44,125 nucleotides of DNA from the NCBI GenBank assembly GCA_048885535.1, contig JBHLLO010000019.1, positions 1 through 44,125 of the forward strand, read 5' to 3'. This stretch comes from Candidatus Hermodarchaeota archaeon (GTDB lineage Archaea; Asgardarchaeota; Lokiarchaeia; Sigyniarchaeales; SOKP01). Below, in pieces: positions 18,249 through 28,203 of this stretch. The number at the start of each line of letters is the position of its first letter. Within the stretch, counting starts at the first letter, position 1. The notes under the pieces were generated by a model. It was not told the origin of the DNA and did no database searches. It worked only from the letters and a program-made list of their open reading frames with translations. A program made the translations under genes and the position numbers.

Positions 18249-19166
18249 TTAGGACATAAGTTTCAAATGCTCAGAGATTACTTTAGCTAAAGAAACTTTT
18301 GCCAATTCATTATCTATTGAATCTGTGCCAATTATTTCATCAGCACCGGCTTTTAAAATTCTAAATTTTGCTTGTTGCAACATTAATGCATGGGTAGCTA
18401 CAGCATATATTTTTCGTGCTCCCCCTTCTTTTGCCAATTTAATTGCTTCTGCCATAGTACCTCCAGTAGAAATGATATCATCAGCAATAACTACATCTTT
18501 ATTTTTTAAATCAAGTTTGCCTAACATTTTTATATCTCCTGTTTTAACGTCTCTTTCTTTTTCAAAGTACTCTACAGAAGTATCTTTACCAAAGTGTTTT
18601 GCAAATGCTTTGGATCTTTCTATAGCTCCTTTATCAGGAGAAATAACTATAATATCTTTTGCTTGTAGCGATTTAACATAATCAGCTAACAATTTCATTG
18701 AATCAATATTTGTTGCTTCGCAAGAAAAATTCTTTAAAATATCTGGATTATGTACATCTACAGTATAAAAACCGTCAATATTTAATGAATCTAAAATTTT
18801 CACAAGTATTTCCGCAAATGGTGATTCTCCGAGTCTAAATATTTTATCTTGGCGAGCATATGCTAGATATGGAACCACTACAGTGATCTTTTTTGGATTC
18901 ATTCCTTTAACAGAACTAATTATCATGAAAAGCTCAATTATTCTTTCATTTTGATCCACATTCGAACTTGGTCCTGTAGAGTGGATTATAATAACTTCTT
19001 TATCCTTAATAATCGCCTCATCTCCTACATTAATACGAATGTAATTCTCTCCATCAGCAAAGTGTTTAAATTCTGTATTGATTGCAGGAATGTCCAATTC
19101 CTTTGCAACCTTTACTCCAAGAATTTGACTTCCAGGACCCACAATTAAAAGTTTTTCCATTTGCAT
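18249..19166 (-). CDS. prs: Ribose-phosphate pyrophosphokinase
   Basis: FADGE, VVPYLAYARQDK.F, VDVH, SPDKGA, DDIISTGGT, ATHA. Confidence 0.96.
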   Translation of the reverse strand: MQMEKLLIVGPGSQILGVKVAKELDIPAINTEFKHFADGENYIRINVGDEAIIKDKEVIIIHSTGPSSNVDQNERIIELFMIISSVKGMNPKKITVVVPYLAYARQDKIFRLGESPFAEILVKILDSLNIDGFYTVDVHNPDILKNFSCEATNIDSMKLLADYVKSLQAKDIIVISPDKGAIERSKAFAKHFGKDTSVEYFEKERDVKTGDIKMLGKLDLKNKDVVIADDIISTGGTMAEAIKLAKEGGARKIYAVATHALMLQQAKFRILKAGADEIIGTDSIDNELAKVSLAKVISEHLKLMS

Positions 19167-19213
19167 ATCTCCCTTAAACTTTTCTTAATATTTTAATTTA
19201 ATACCTTCTTTTT

Positions 19214-19933
19214 TTATAAATTTTTTATGAAGTTAAGACAATATTGAAATAATTCTTCTCTATGTCCTTTAAAAGAATGACCTCCATTTTCGAATATGAT
19301 AACATTATTTTGATTTAATCCTAAATGATTTTTTATATCATAAACATTCTCAAAAGGAATCCTATTATCATCTTTGCAGTGTGCAATTAAAATTCTATCA
19401 TTATTGTTATCTTTTTTCTTTAGAAAATATTTTGGACTAATTTGTTTTACGATATCCTCCGAAAATTTTACCTTAGTTGTATAATAATCATATCGGGTAC
19501 AGAGAGTAATTAATTTTTTTGCTCGTTCATCTAGAAATCCATAAGTTAAAATTATCGCCCCACCTAAGCTTCTTCCGAAAAGTATTATTTTTTCTTCTAA
19601 AAGCCTTTCGGATTGATTTTTAATAACCCAATCGATCACAACTTTAATATCTTCAAAAATATCTACGATTAATTTATACCAAGATTTATGACCCGTCTGT
19701 TTTTTAGTCTCTCCATGAGCCCTGTAGTCATATGATAATACATAATAACCTACTTCAGCAAACTTATCAGTGTAATACCTTACAAAATAACTCTCCCTAT
19801 GATCTAATAATCCAGCAAGGTTAATTATAAAGGGAGCTTTAGATCTTTTTTCTGTGTAATAAATAGAAGCCTTTAAATTGATTTTATCTGCAATTATAGG
19901 AATGTCTGTGTTTTCAATTATTAGGTCCGTCAT
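19214..19933 (-). CDS. Alpha/beta hydrolase
   Basis: YDYRAHGE, nucleophile elbow GRSLGG, D in HCKDD and H in GGHSF. Confidence 0.9.
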   Translation of the reverse strand: MTDLIIENTDIPIIADKINLKASIYYTEKRSKAPFIINLAGLLDHRESYFVRYYTDKFAEVGYYVLSYDYRAHGETKKQTGHKSWYKLIVDIFEDIKVVIDWVIKNQSERLLEEKIILFGRSLGGAIILTYGFLDERAKKLITLCTRYDYYTTKVKFSEDIVKQISPKYFLKKKDNNNDRILIAHCKDDNRIPFENVYDIKNHLGLNQNNVIIFENGGHSFKGHREELFQYCLNFIKNL

Positions 19934-19943
19934 AATAAATTAT

Positions 19944-20390
19944 CTAATGAGAACTATTTTTATATTTTTCAATTAATTCTTTCAAAATCCTTACGGTTAA
20001 TTCCGCACAATGTTTATGACTTTCTGGTAACCTATGTAAAGCTTTAATAACATCTTCAGGAGTTAATTTATAAGAGTAATCTAGCGATTTCCCTTCTATT
20101 AATAACGTAATTTGGCTAGCAACAGCTACAGTAGCGCCACATCCATCAGTAATAAAGTTAGCCTTAATAACTTTATCACTTTCTATCTTTAAAAAGAATT
20201 CTATCAAATTACCATGTTGATCTGGAGCTGAATGAGAAAATGTTACTTTACCTTCAGGAGGTTTTCCCCAATTAGGAGGATTATGACATAGCTTGACAAT
20301 ATATGCATTAAAATCTTCAGTTTCTTTCTCAATTATCTCTTGTTGAAGCTTCTCAACAAACGTGTCAAAATCGTCCTTTTTTTCTGTCAT
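19944..20390 (-). CDS. NifU/IscU-like Fe-S scaffold protein
   Basis: NPPNWG, F.TDGCGATVA and LPESHKHCAEL; the first CGD motif is replaced by HGN. Confidence 0.85.
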   Translation of the reverse strand: MTEKKDDFDTFVEKLQQEIIEKETEDFNAYIVKLCHNPPNWGKPPEGKVTFSHSAPDQHGNLIEFFLKIESDKVIKANFITDGCGATVAVASQITLLIEGKSLDYSYKLTPEDVIKALHRLPESHKHCAELTVRILKELIEKYKNSSH

Positions 20391-20391
20391 T

Positions 20392-20676
20392 CTATCCTTT
20401 CCTATATGTGTGTTTTATTACATGATTTGTTAAATTCTTCATTTTTTCACTTTCATCTGTTGATTTATAATATTTCTCCAAAATATTGATGATATCTTCA
20501 TTTATTTTATTATGCTCCTCAATACAGTTACTTTTTTCTAGGAAATCTTGACCATATCTTTGAGCAACAACATTTTCAGTTACTTTAATCAATTCTGTCG
20601 CTATAACACTGTTTATATAAATGAGATCTGATAACATATTCTTAATATACAAAAGTAACTTAATCTGATCAGACAT
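20392..20676 (-). CDS. Hypothetical protein (94 aa)
   Basis: The ATG at 20676 (MSDQIK) avoids overlap with the divergent gene; the ORF ends 1 bp before the IscU-like start. Confidence 0.7.
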   Translation of the reverse strand: MSDQIKLLLYIKNMLSDLIYINSVIATELIKVTENVVAQRYGQDFLEKSNCIEEHNKINEDIINILEKYYKSTDESEKMKNLTNHVIKHTYRKG

Positions 20677-20756
20677 AATAACTAAAATAAATTGTTTTTT
20701 TAATCTTTTTTTAAAACAACATTTTTCAATAAGAAAAGATCTTAATATTTTATTAT

Positions 20757-21224
20757 ATGGATTACAAGATTTTTCGTGATGGACTGTTATCTTTATCTCT
20801 TGTTTTATTCTTTTTTTCATTTACATTTCTAATTGCTTCAATTATTTTAAAACCTTATATTGCTTTAGAGCCATTCGAAAGAGATTTCATTGTTATTATA
20901 TCTAGTGTTAATATGATATTTTGTCTATACTATTTAATTGAAGTTTTACGTTTAAATAAAATCTTTAAATTAATTGATAAAAATATTGTCAAATTTGGAA
21001 GAAGAATTGGCTTAATATCATTGTTCTTTCTTCCGAACTTATGTTTGTTTGCTTCACTATTATTCATAGATTTACATAATTTACAGATTTTGATGACAAG
21101 TCTAATAATCTTTGTGCAAATCCTTTTAATAGGCTTAATATTTAAAGAGGTTTATGATCTCCTTTTTAAGAATGAGTCTGAAAGAAAATTTGAGTTAGAA
21201 AAAAACCGTAAATTGTATTTATAA
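20757..21224 (+). CDS. Hypothetical 4-TM membrane protein
   Basis: Four hydrophobic segments; ATG start. Confidence 0.75.
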   Translation: MDYKIFRDGLLSLSLVLFFFSFTFLIASIILKPYIALEPFERDFIVIISSVNMIFCLYYLIEVLRLNKIFKLIDKNIVKFGRRIGLISLFFLPNLCLFASLLFIDLHNLQILMTSLIIFVQILLIGLIFKEVYDLLFKNESERKFELEKNRKLYL

Positions 21225-21232
21225 GGAAAATG

Positions 21233-22486
21233 TTATTGTTTTGTTAGTTTTTCAATTGCGGTATCAATCATCTTAAGCTTAGTAGAATATTTCTCCATGA
21301 GTTCAGCAAACTTATCCACATCAATTTCGTTATTTTCTCTTAGAGCTTTTAATTCATTTATTGTTCTAACTATTCCTGCCTTTTTATCATTTAATTTCTC
21401 TCGTTTACTATATGGAATTTTTTGTTCCAGCTTCTTTCTTTGAAAGGATTTAAATCTTTTTATGTTTAAATCTTTAGGTACAAATTTAGTTAAATAAATA
21501 ACATTTTTAGGTACAAAAGGGGCTAAGTTCTCAGGAATAATTACAATAGGTTCAGGATCTTGAATTTTTTTAATCTCTTCATAATCCAATGCTTCAACTT
21601 TATTACTTGTAATCAGATCTTCTACAATAGATAAATTTACTTTAATGCTTTCTTGGTCATCATCAGTTAAAAGTTTCAATGATGTAAGCATATCCTCCCA
21701 AATCTCTTTAGCTTTAAGATAGTAGAAATTAGCTTTTTGTTGTAACTTTCTAACTTTTTCTTTATTAATAGTTGTAATCGATGATTCTAATGAGGCAAGG
21801 GCTTTTAGATGACATGCTTTACCCATATCAAAATGAAATTGGGCTCTTAATTGATACTTCTTTTCCTCATCATGTTTCTTTAAATAAAAAACTCTTTTAG
21901 ATAAAGCACTTAGACCTGCATAAAGTTTTGAGGCAAAATAAATATTATTCTTATTTTCTTCACGTAAAGCAGCTATGCTTTGTGCCAAAATACGCGTTTC
22001 TTCTGAATTTAACTCAAGATTTTCTGAATTTAGAGATGAGCCTAATTCTGGTTGTTGGGTTACTGCTGTACTAAAATACGCTGCTGTCTTATAGAATTTA
22101 CTACTTTCTGCCATTGCAACAATAGCATTTTCCAAATCTTCTTCTTCTTCAAACTTTTCTGATAATTGAGAATATGCTTTTGATAAAACCCATAATACAC
22201 GAGCACATTCAAACATTATATCGTTTATTTCAATTTCACGGTTATTTTCAAGGGGGTCTAAGAAGGAAGGAGTGATATCTAATTTTCTTAATATTTCACG
22301 TTGATTTTGGTTTTGATAATTTATATTTAGTATTTTAGTATATTCCAGAATTAGATTCAAATCATCCAGACTAAAATGTTCCTCCTCCTTCTCTAATGCC
22401 TCTTCCAACTTTTTAATTTTAAAATGCAGATAACGAATTCTCTGCAATAACTCCTCAGAAAAAAAAGTAGACATAATCTTTTTCAA
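21233..22486 (-). CDS. All-helical hypothetical protein, possibly Bro1-domain-like
   Basis: 417-aa ORF whose motif order resembles Bro1 (see findings); start may be the ATG at 22474. Confidence 0.6.
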   Translation of the reverse strand: MKKIMSTFFSEELLQRIRYLHFKIKKLEEALEKEEEHFSLDDLNLILEYTKILNINYQNQNQREILRKLDITPSFLDPLENNREIEINDIMFECARVLWVLSKAYSQLSEKFEEEEDLENAIVAMAESSKFYKTAAYFSTAVTQQPELGSSLNSENLELNSEETRILAQSIAALREENKNNIYFASKLYAGLSALSKRVFYLKKHDEEKKYQLRAQFHFDMGKACHLKALASLESSITTINKEKVRKLQQKANFYYLKAKEIWEDMLTSLKLLTDDDQESIKVNLSIVEDLITSNKVEALDYEEIKKIQDPEPIVIIPENLAPFVPKNVIYLTKFVPKDLNIKRFKSFQRKKLEQKIPYSKREKLNDKKAGIVRTINELKALRENNEIDVDKFAELMEKYSTKLKMIDTAIEKLTKQ

Positions 22487-22608
22487 TAGGTTTTTGTTAA
22501 ATTTAAGTTAATTAAAATATTAAATCATCATTTTAAAACTAATCTATAAAAATGTTTTAAATACAATTAGATCTATAAAATCCTGATGAAAAATTTTCGA
22601 AAATAATA

Positions 22609-23895
22609 ATGAAGAAAAGTAGAATTTTTATTATAGAATTTGTAACTGGTGGTGGATTTAATCAAGTTGAGATTCCAGATTCTCTTTTTGCTGAAGGTTA
22701 TGGTATGCTTAGGTCTGTTATAGCTGATTTTAAAGATCTGGATTTTGAAATTGAAACTATTCTTGATACTCGTCTCACCTTGTTATCTAATTATATAAAA
22801 GCAGACTTTATTAATGTAATTCAGAAATTTGATGACTTTTTCAAGAAATTTGAAGATTGTGTAAAAAGAAATAAATTTTGCTTCATTATTGCCCCTGAGT
22901 TTTCAGGGATCCTCTACAAGCTAACACAAATAGCTTTGGAAAACAATAGTATTGTATTAAGTATCAATCCAAAAGGAATAAAGTTGGGAAGTTCTAAATT
23001 AAAAACATATTTTTTTTTTCGAGAGAGTGAAATTAGTACACCTAGCACATTTCTAATACCTCATAAAAAAGAGCAGTTTGATGTTAAATTCATAATTAAT
23101 AAGTTCAGACAATTCAACACTCCCATTATTATAAAACCTGAGGATGGAGTTGGAGCTGAGTCTATTTATTACTTTGAAACTGAAGAAGAAATATTGGAAT
23201 TTTTTAGTGAAAAAGTATCTCTTATTAACCAATCCCGAGCGTATATTCTACAAAAATATATTGAAGGAAAAGATTTAAGCGTTTCATTAATTGGTTATAG
23301 AGATCCTCCATTAATAGTAGGAATTAATGCTCAAAATCTCAATATAAAAGATCTTAATAAAGAATCAGAATATCTAGGGGGCTATACTCCAGTTGAGAAT
23401 TGGGAGCCCCTAATATCGATTCTAAAAAACCATATTGAAAAAATTGAACTAAAATCCTTCAATGGATATTTTGGTATAGATTTTATCCAAAAAAAAGAAG
23501 GATCATTAAGTTTTATTGAAATAAACCCAAGACTAACTACATCCTATATTGGAATAAGAAATGTCGTAGACAGAAACCTAATGAGTGTTCTTTTAGACTT
23601 TAAGGAGAATAATTTTGATTTAAATGAAATCAAATTTCAAAAATTTTCAAAATTTGGTCATTTAACTTTAAAATATAGTGGAACTGCTTCTTTTGAAGAT
23701 GTAAATATGGATATAATTCCAGGTATAATAAAAGATATTCCAGAAATAGTTACACCCCCAATAAACCTAAAAAGTATTAAAGAAGATTATTATTCCTGTT
23801 TCATTGCTACAAAGACTGAAGATTTAAATTCTTCAGAAAAAATAATTGAGAGTATAGTAAAAACATTCAAAAAGAAAGAATTTACAACTATATAG
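22609..23895 (+). CDS. ATP-grasp enzyme, tyramine-L-glutamate ligase (MfnD)-like
   Basis: IIEFVTGGG, EGYGML, IIAPE, IIKPEDGVG, QKYIEG..LSVS, YLGGYTP, GYFGIDF, IEINPRLTTSY. Confidence 0.8.
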   Translation: MKKSRIFIIEFVTGGGFNQVEIPDSLFAEGYGMLRSVIADFKDLDFEIETILDTRLTLLSNYIKADFINVIQKFDDFFKKFEDCVKRNKFCFIIAPEFSGILYKLTQIALENNSIVLSINPKGIKLGSSKLKTYFFFRESEISTPSTFLIPHKKEQFDVKFIINKFRQFNTPIIIKPEDGVGAESIYYFETEEEILEFFSEKVSLINQSRAYILQKYIEGKDLSVSLIGYRDPPLIVGINAQNLNIKDLNKESEYLGGYTPVENWEPLISILKNHIEKIELKSFNGYFGIDFIQKKEGSLSFIEINPRLTTSYIGIRNVVDRNLMSVLLDFKENNFDLNEIKFQKFSKFGHLTLKYSGTASFEDVNMDIIPGIIKDIPEIVTPPINLKSIKEDYYSCFIATKTEDLNSSEKIIESIVKTFKKKEFTTI

Positions 23896-24736
23896 TCAAA
23901 GCCAATATTATTGAAAAGCCGCCATAATGGATTAACAAAGAAATTATTAGAGCATATTCAACTTTCAAATGTTTATTCACAATTAGATTATATGTAAGAA
24001 GCCATAATGATAAAACTTGAAAAATAATCATTAATATATTGTCTATTATACTTACAACTGAAATTGTGAGAACATCCAATACCTTAAACAAATAATGGAT
24101 CGCTAAATATATTATATTTGGGTAAAATGTTAAACTAAAAGATAATAAAAATTTAATTGAATTCTCTTGTTTCTTATATACAAGACGGCAGATCACTTCA
24201 TTGACGAAATAATAAAAAAGGAAGTTTAAAATAAAAATTGTACCAAAAATTACTTGCAATTCAAAATTAATAACTGGGATTAATTGGTTTATATCAATAA
24301 AAAATAGAAATATTGGAAAAAAATTATTTAAAATACTAAAAATTATTCCTAAAATTAAAATGGAGACAGATATAACAATTGAATAAATTCTGTAACCTTC
24401 CTGATAATTAATAAACTTTTTTGGAGTTAAAAACATTAAACTTTTCAAAATCGGCGAATTAAATTCTTTTGTTGAAAGTTCTGGAGTGATAATACTTTCA
24501 ATATTATTTCTTAAGGAACCATATGCATGCTCTCCTAATTCTGTTAAATAATACTTCTTGTCAATCCCTTGTTCAATTAATTGAGAGAGTGCCTCTAAAT
24601 GGTGATAAATAGTACCAGTACTTACTTTTAGTTCCTTTTTAAGCTGTGTAAAGGAAGTAAATTCATTTTCTCCAATTATCTTAATAATCTTTCTCCTTAA
24701 ATCATGACCTAACGCGTAGTAAAAGTTAGATTCCAA
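23888..24736 (-). CDS. ArsR-type winged-HTH fused to a multi-pass membrane domain
   Basis: YALGHDLRRKII..., STGTIYHHL..L and Y.LTELG, followed by ~5 TM helices. Confidence 0.8.
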   Translation of the reverse strand: MESNFYYALGHDLRRKIIKIIGENEFTSFTQLKKELKVSTGTIYHHLEALSQLIEQGIDKKYYLTELGEHAYGSLRNNIESIITPELSTKEFNSPILKSLMFLTPKKFINYQEGYRIYSIVISVSILILGIIFSILNNFFPIFLFFIDINQLIPVINFELQVIFGTIFILNFLFYYFVNEVICRLVYKKQENSIKFLLSFSLTFYPNIIYLAIHYLFKVLDVLTISVVSIIDNILMIIFQVLSLWLLTYNLIVNKHLKVEYALIISLLIHYGGFSIILALTI

Positions 24737-24786
24737 ATCTCCTGGTTTATTGTTTTTATCGATTTCTTCTTTATTAGCCTTAATTT

Positions 24787-25209
24787 TTAACTCCCTTCTG
24801 TAGATTTTTCTCGCGTTAAAAGAACATTTAAATTATGAAAAAAGATTAAGATAGAACCAACTATCGAAATGTAAAACCCTACACCCGCATATGGAATATA
24901 TTCAAATTCTTGAGGTATCAACTCTAGGATAAAAACAAGAAAAAAAGCAAACCCAACAAAATTGATTATTATTGAATTGATTCTATATTCCATCTTAATG
25001 TAAATCAACAATGTGCCTATTAAACAGATGGATCCACTAACTAAGGGAAATAAATACAAAAATGAATTTCCTATCTCAACACCAGTAGTAAAAATAAATA
25101 TTTCTAATAAAGATAACCCAGAAAACCACGATAAGAATTGTGATATAATCAATAAAATTGATCCTATTAATCCTAACAACCGATAATCAATATTGAATTT
25201 AAATTTCAT
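24787..25209 (-). CDS. Hypothetical 4-TM membrane protein
   Basis: Four hydrophobic segments; FLSW and GVGFY patterns. Confidence 0.75.
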   Translation of the reverse strand: MKFKFNIDYRLLGLIGSILLIISQFLSWFSGLSLLEIFIFTTGVEIGNSFLYLFPLVSGSICLIGTLLIYIKMEYRINSIIINFVGFAFFLVFILELIPQEFEYIPYAGVGFYISIVGSILIFFHNLNVLLTREKSTEGS

Positions 25210-25236
25210 ATTTAATTCTCAATTTATGATTTTTCC

Positions 25237-25443
25237 ATATAAACATTCAATTAGTATAAAATTATATATTTAATTTTAACTTCACTTATAATCGAAATTT
25301 CAAATATATGATCTACACTTTTTGAAAGTTTGCTACTCTCACTGTTGACAGAAAGTATTTGGGCACCTAATTTTAAATCAAAACTAGTTATCATACAATT
25401 GCTTAATTTGAATTTAAGATATAAACATTCAAATAGTATAAAA
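25237..25443. repeat. 25-bp direct repeat pair (25237-25261 and 25419-25443)
   Basis: ATATAAACATTCAA[T/A]TAGTATAAAA, 24/25 identical, offset 182 bp. Confidence 0.75.
25251..25394 (-). CDS. Possible 47-aa ORF or gene remnant between the direct repeats
   Basis: MITSFDLKLGAQILSVNSESSKLSKSVDHIFEISIISEVKIKYIILY; its ATG sits 25 bp from repeat copy 2, similar to the 28 bp between copy 1 and the ATG at 25209. Confidence 0.3.
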   Translation of the reverse strand: MITSFDLKLGAQILSVNSESSKLSKSVDHIFEISIISEVKIKYIILY

Positions 25444-25509
25444 GTAAATATTAATATTAGTTTATTTTTTCTATTTCAATTCTAAATTAGTAAATCTTCT
25501 TGAAAAATT

Positions 25510-26844
25510 ATGTCACCTGAAGAAGAAAGGTTGGATATGGATTCGATTCATCTTTTTGATTACCTAAAAAAAGAAATCCCTGTTGATGATCTAAAAGATT
25601 TTGCTTCTCCAAGGAGGATAAAAAGTATAGATTTTGTTAAGGGACTCGCAATAATTTTTGTAATTCTTGCCCATACCGCATCAGCTTGGCTTGATTTTCA
25701 GTGGATATATCTTTATGGTATAATGTATGCCCTACTTGATATTCTTGGACCTTCTTTATTTGTATTTCTCTCAGCTCTTAGTGTGATTTTTAGTGTTAGA
25801 AGAAAAGAAGGAGTTTTGCCACAGAAAGTCATTAGAAATGGGATAATTACACGTGGGATTGTAATCATGGTAATTGGTATTCTTTTTAATATCCCATCAA
25901 CTTTTCTATTAGGGATAGAGGGGGGTATAATCAATCTCTGGAATTGGAATATTCTTGTTTTTATTGGTTTTTCTCAAATTGCTTCACTTTACGCATTCAA
26001 GTTAAGTAAAACCGCGAGAGCAATTATTGGAACTGCAATTATCTTTTCTTCAGATGCTATCAGGCTATTTCTTTATGTTGGAGAACAAGATGGAAATATT
26101 CTTATTACAATAATTCGGTATATAGTCGTCTCTCCAAACCCAATGACACCATTAATTCCCTTCTTATCTATTTGTTTTTTTTCAACCATTTTTGGTGAGT
26201 ATCTTTATGATGCAATGATGGATGGAACTAAACAAGCTTATACCGTTCTTTTTAGAATATTTTTATATTGGGGGATTTCTCTTATTCTTATCGGGATTAT
26301 TTATCCCTTTATAGGAGGAACACCACTACAAGATTTTACAACCTTATCACGTATTGATTATCCTCATTTAGATTTACTAGCAACAGCGAATACTCAAACC
26401 TTTACTGACTTTAGATTTTCAGGAATGCCTGATTTTTTAATTAGAGGTAGATCTTCGAATATGTTATATAATTTAGGTTGGGCTTTACTAATAATAGCAA
26501 TATGTTTCTATTTTATCGATATTAAAGAAAAAAGTAACAGTTTTACAGGGATGTTAATCTATTATGGTAAAGTATCTCTAAGTTTGTTTCTTGTGCATTA
26601 TTCTTTTATTAGTCTTTTTGTAAGATACTTTAACATTCTCTTCTTTGTATTTATTTGGCTAGGATTTACAGGATTAATGGGTTTTTTAATGTATATTTGG
26701 ATAGAATATGGTAAAGGAGTAGGAAGCCCAGAATGGTTAATGGTTCAAATTAGCAGAATTGGACAAAAAACTACACATGAAATTAAAAAGGAAACCCAAC
26801 TCATCGTAGATAGAATTAAGAAAGAGCATTCAAAAGAATCTTAA
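25510..26844 (+). CDS. Membrane acyltransferase, HGSNAT/DUF1624-like
   Basis: RRIKSIDFVKGLAIIFVILAH, FVFLSALS, WNILVFIG, YGKVSLSLFLVH; ~10 TM segments. Confidence 0.8.
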   Translation: MSPEEERLDMDSIHLFDYLKKEIPVDDLKDFASPRRIKSIDFVKGLAIIFVILAHTASAWLDFQWIYLYGIMYALLDILGPSLFVFLSALSVIFSVRRKEGVLPQKVIRNGIITRGIVIMVIGILFNIPSTFLLGIEGGIINLWNWNILVFIGFSQIASLYAFKLSKTARAIIGTAIIFSSDAIRLFLYVGEQDGNILITIIRYIVVSPNPMTPLIPFLSICFFSTIFGEYLYDAMMDGTKQAYTVLFRIFLYWGISLILIGIIYPFIGGTPLQDFTTLSRIDYPHLDLLATANTQTFTDFRFSGMPDFLIRGRSSNMLYNLGWALLIIAICFYFIDIKEKSNSFTGMLIYYGKVSLSLFLVHYSFISLFVRYFNILFFVFIWLGFTGLMGFLMYIWIEYGKGVGSPEWLMVQISRIGQKTTHEIKKETQLIVDRIKKEHSKES

Positions 26845-27004
26845 GGACCTTTTTTTTAATAAAATTAATTTTGATAGTAAATAATGGATTTAACCACTTC
26901 CAGCTATAGCTAGTGGTAAACATATAAATACCTTTAATATAATATAAATTATAAAAAGATCAATTTTTAAAATAGTCTATTTTTATATCACAACTTAAAT
27001 TCTA

Positions 27005-27538
27005 ATGATTAAAATGCAAAAAACAACTTACAAATTTAAGATAACTCTTTTTGGGGCAGGATGCGTGGGTAAAACCTCCCTTTTAATTCGGTATGTAAAG
27101 GATCATTTTAATCCAGATTTACAACAAACCATTGGCTCAAACTTTTTAATAAAAGATGTTGAAATCGGTGATAATAATGTTAGATTACTCTTATGGGATA
27201 TTGGAGGTCAAGAGCAGTTTCAAAAGCTTCGTAGCATTTACTTTAAAGGTAGCAATGGAGCTTTTGGTGTGTTTGATGTTACAAGTCAACCTTCCTTGTT
27301 AAAACTTCCTGGCTGGATAAGTAGTATAAAAAAGTCAGTCAAAAAGTCAATTCCAATGATAATTGTTGGTAATAAGATAGATTTAGAACGACAAGTAGAA
27401 AGATCAGAGGCAGAAGACTTATCACAAAGACTTAATTGTTGTGATTACCTTGAAACATCTGCTAAAACTGGTGAAAATGTGGAGGAAGCATTTTTAAAGT
27501 TAGCAAAAGCATGTTTAGAGAGTGCTTTAGAAGAATAA
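27005..27538 (+). CDS. Rab-like small GTPase (Ras superfamily)
   Basis: G1 GAGCVGKTS, G2 TIG, G3 WDIGGQE.F, G4 NKID, G5 ETSAK. Confidence 0.95.
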   Translation: MIKMQKTTYKFKITLFGAGCVGKTSLLIRYVKDHFNPDLQQTIGSNFLIKDVEIGDNNVRLLLWDIGGQEQFQKLRSIYFKGSNGAFGVFDVTSQPSLLKLPGWISSIKKSVKKSIPMIIVGNKIDLERQVERSEAEDLSQRLNCCDYLETSAKTGENVEEAFLKLAKACLESALEE

Positions 27539-27567
27539 TGTAATCAGATTTTTCATACTTATTATTT

Positions 27568-28203
27568 CTATTTGAATTCAATTCCATTAACTAGGAGGTC
27601 TTCTTTCAATTTCTCAATATTATTAAAATGGATTGCGTTTATTTTAAGGGCGCTAGCTGCTTTCACATTATTTAATCCATCATCGACAAACAATATCTCT
27701 TCTGGTCTACATTTAGCCATTCTTATAGCTAATTCGAAAATTGCTGGATCTGGTTTAGCCAATTGAATTTCATGAGATAAAATGAAATCATCAAATAGAT
27801 TCCAAATGTCCCAATTTTGTTTTTTTAGATATTTCCAATGACTTATATTAATATTTGATAAGCACATTAATTTTACATTGTTAAATTCTTTAATATTTCT
27901 TATAAGCTCCAATATTTCTAAATTAATATCCGCAATTATACTATTAAATGCAGCATAGAAATCTTTTTGGTTTAGCGAGCAAACCTGAAGTAGTTCACAC
28001 GCAAGTTGATAAAATTCTTCTTTAGTAATTTTACCTTGATGAAATGTGTCAGATTGTCGAAAAAATTCCATCATAATTGGTGTGCTAGGTTTATTTAATG
28101 GGGATGGCGTGATAACCTCGTTAAAAAAACGGCTAAAATCAAGTTCTACAATTACACCTCCCAGATCAAAAATAATGCATTTAACAACCACAATTTTCCC
28201 CAA
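27568..28203 (-). CDS. HAD-superfamily phosphatase (YihX-like)
   Basis: IFDLGGV, LSN, AKPDP.IF and FVDD...NV; start may be a few codons downstream. Confidence 0.9.
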   Translation of the reverse strand: MGKIVVVKCIIFDLGGVIVELDFSRFFNEVITPSPLNKPSTPIMMEFFRQSDTFHQGKITKEEFYQLACELLQVCSLNQKDFYAAFNSIIADINLEILELIRNIKEFNNVKLMCLSNINISHWKYLKKQNWDIWNLFDDFILSHEIQLAKPDPAIFELAIRMAKCRPEEILFVDDGLNNVKAASALKINAIHFNNIEKLKEDLLVNGIEFK

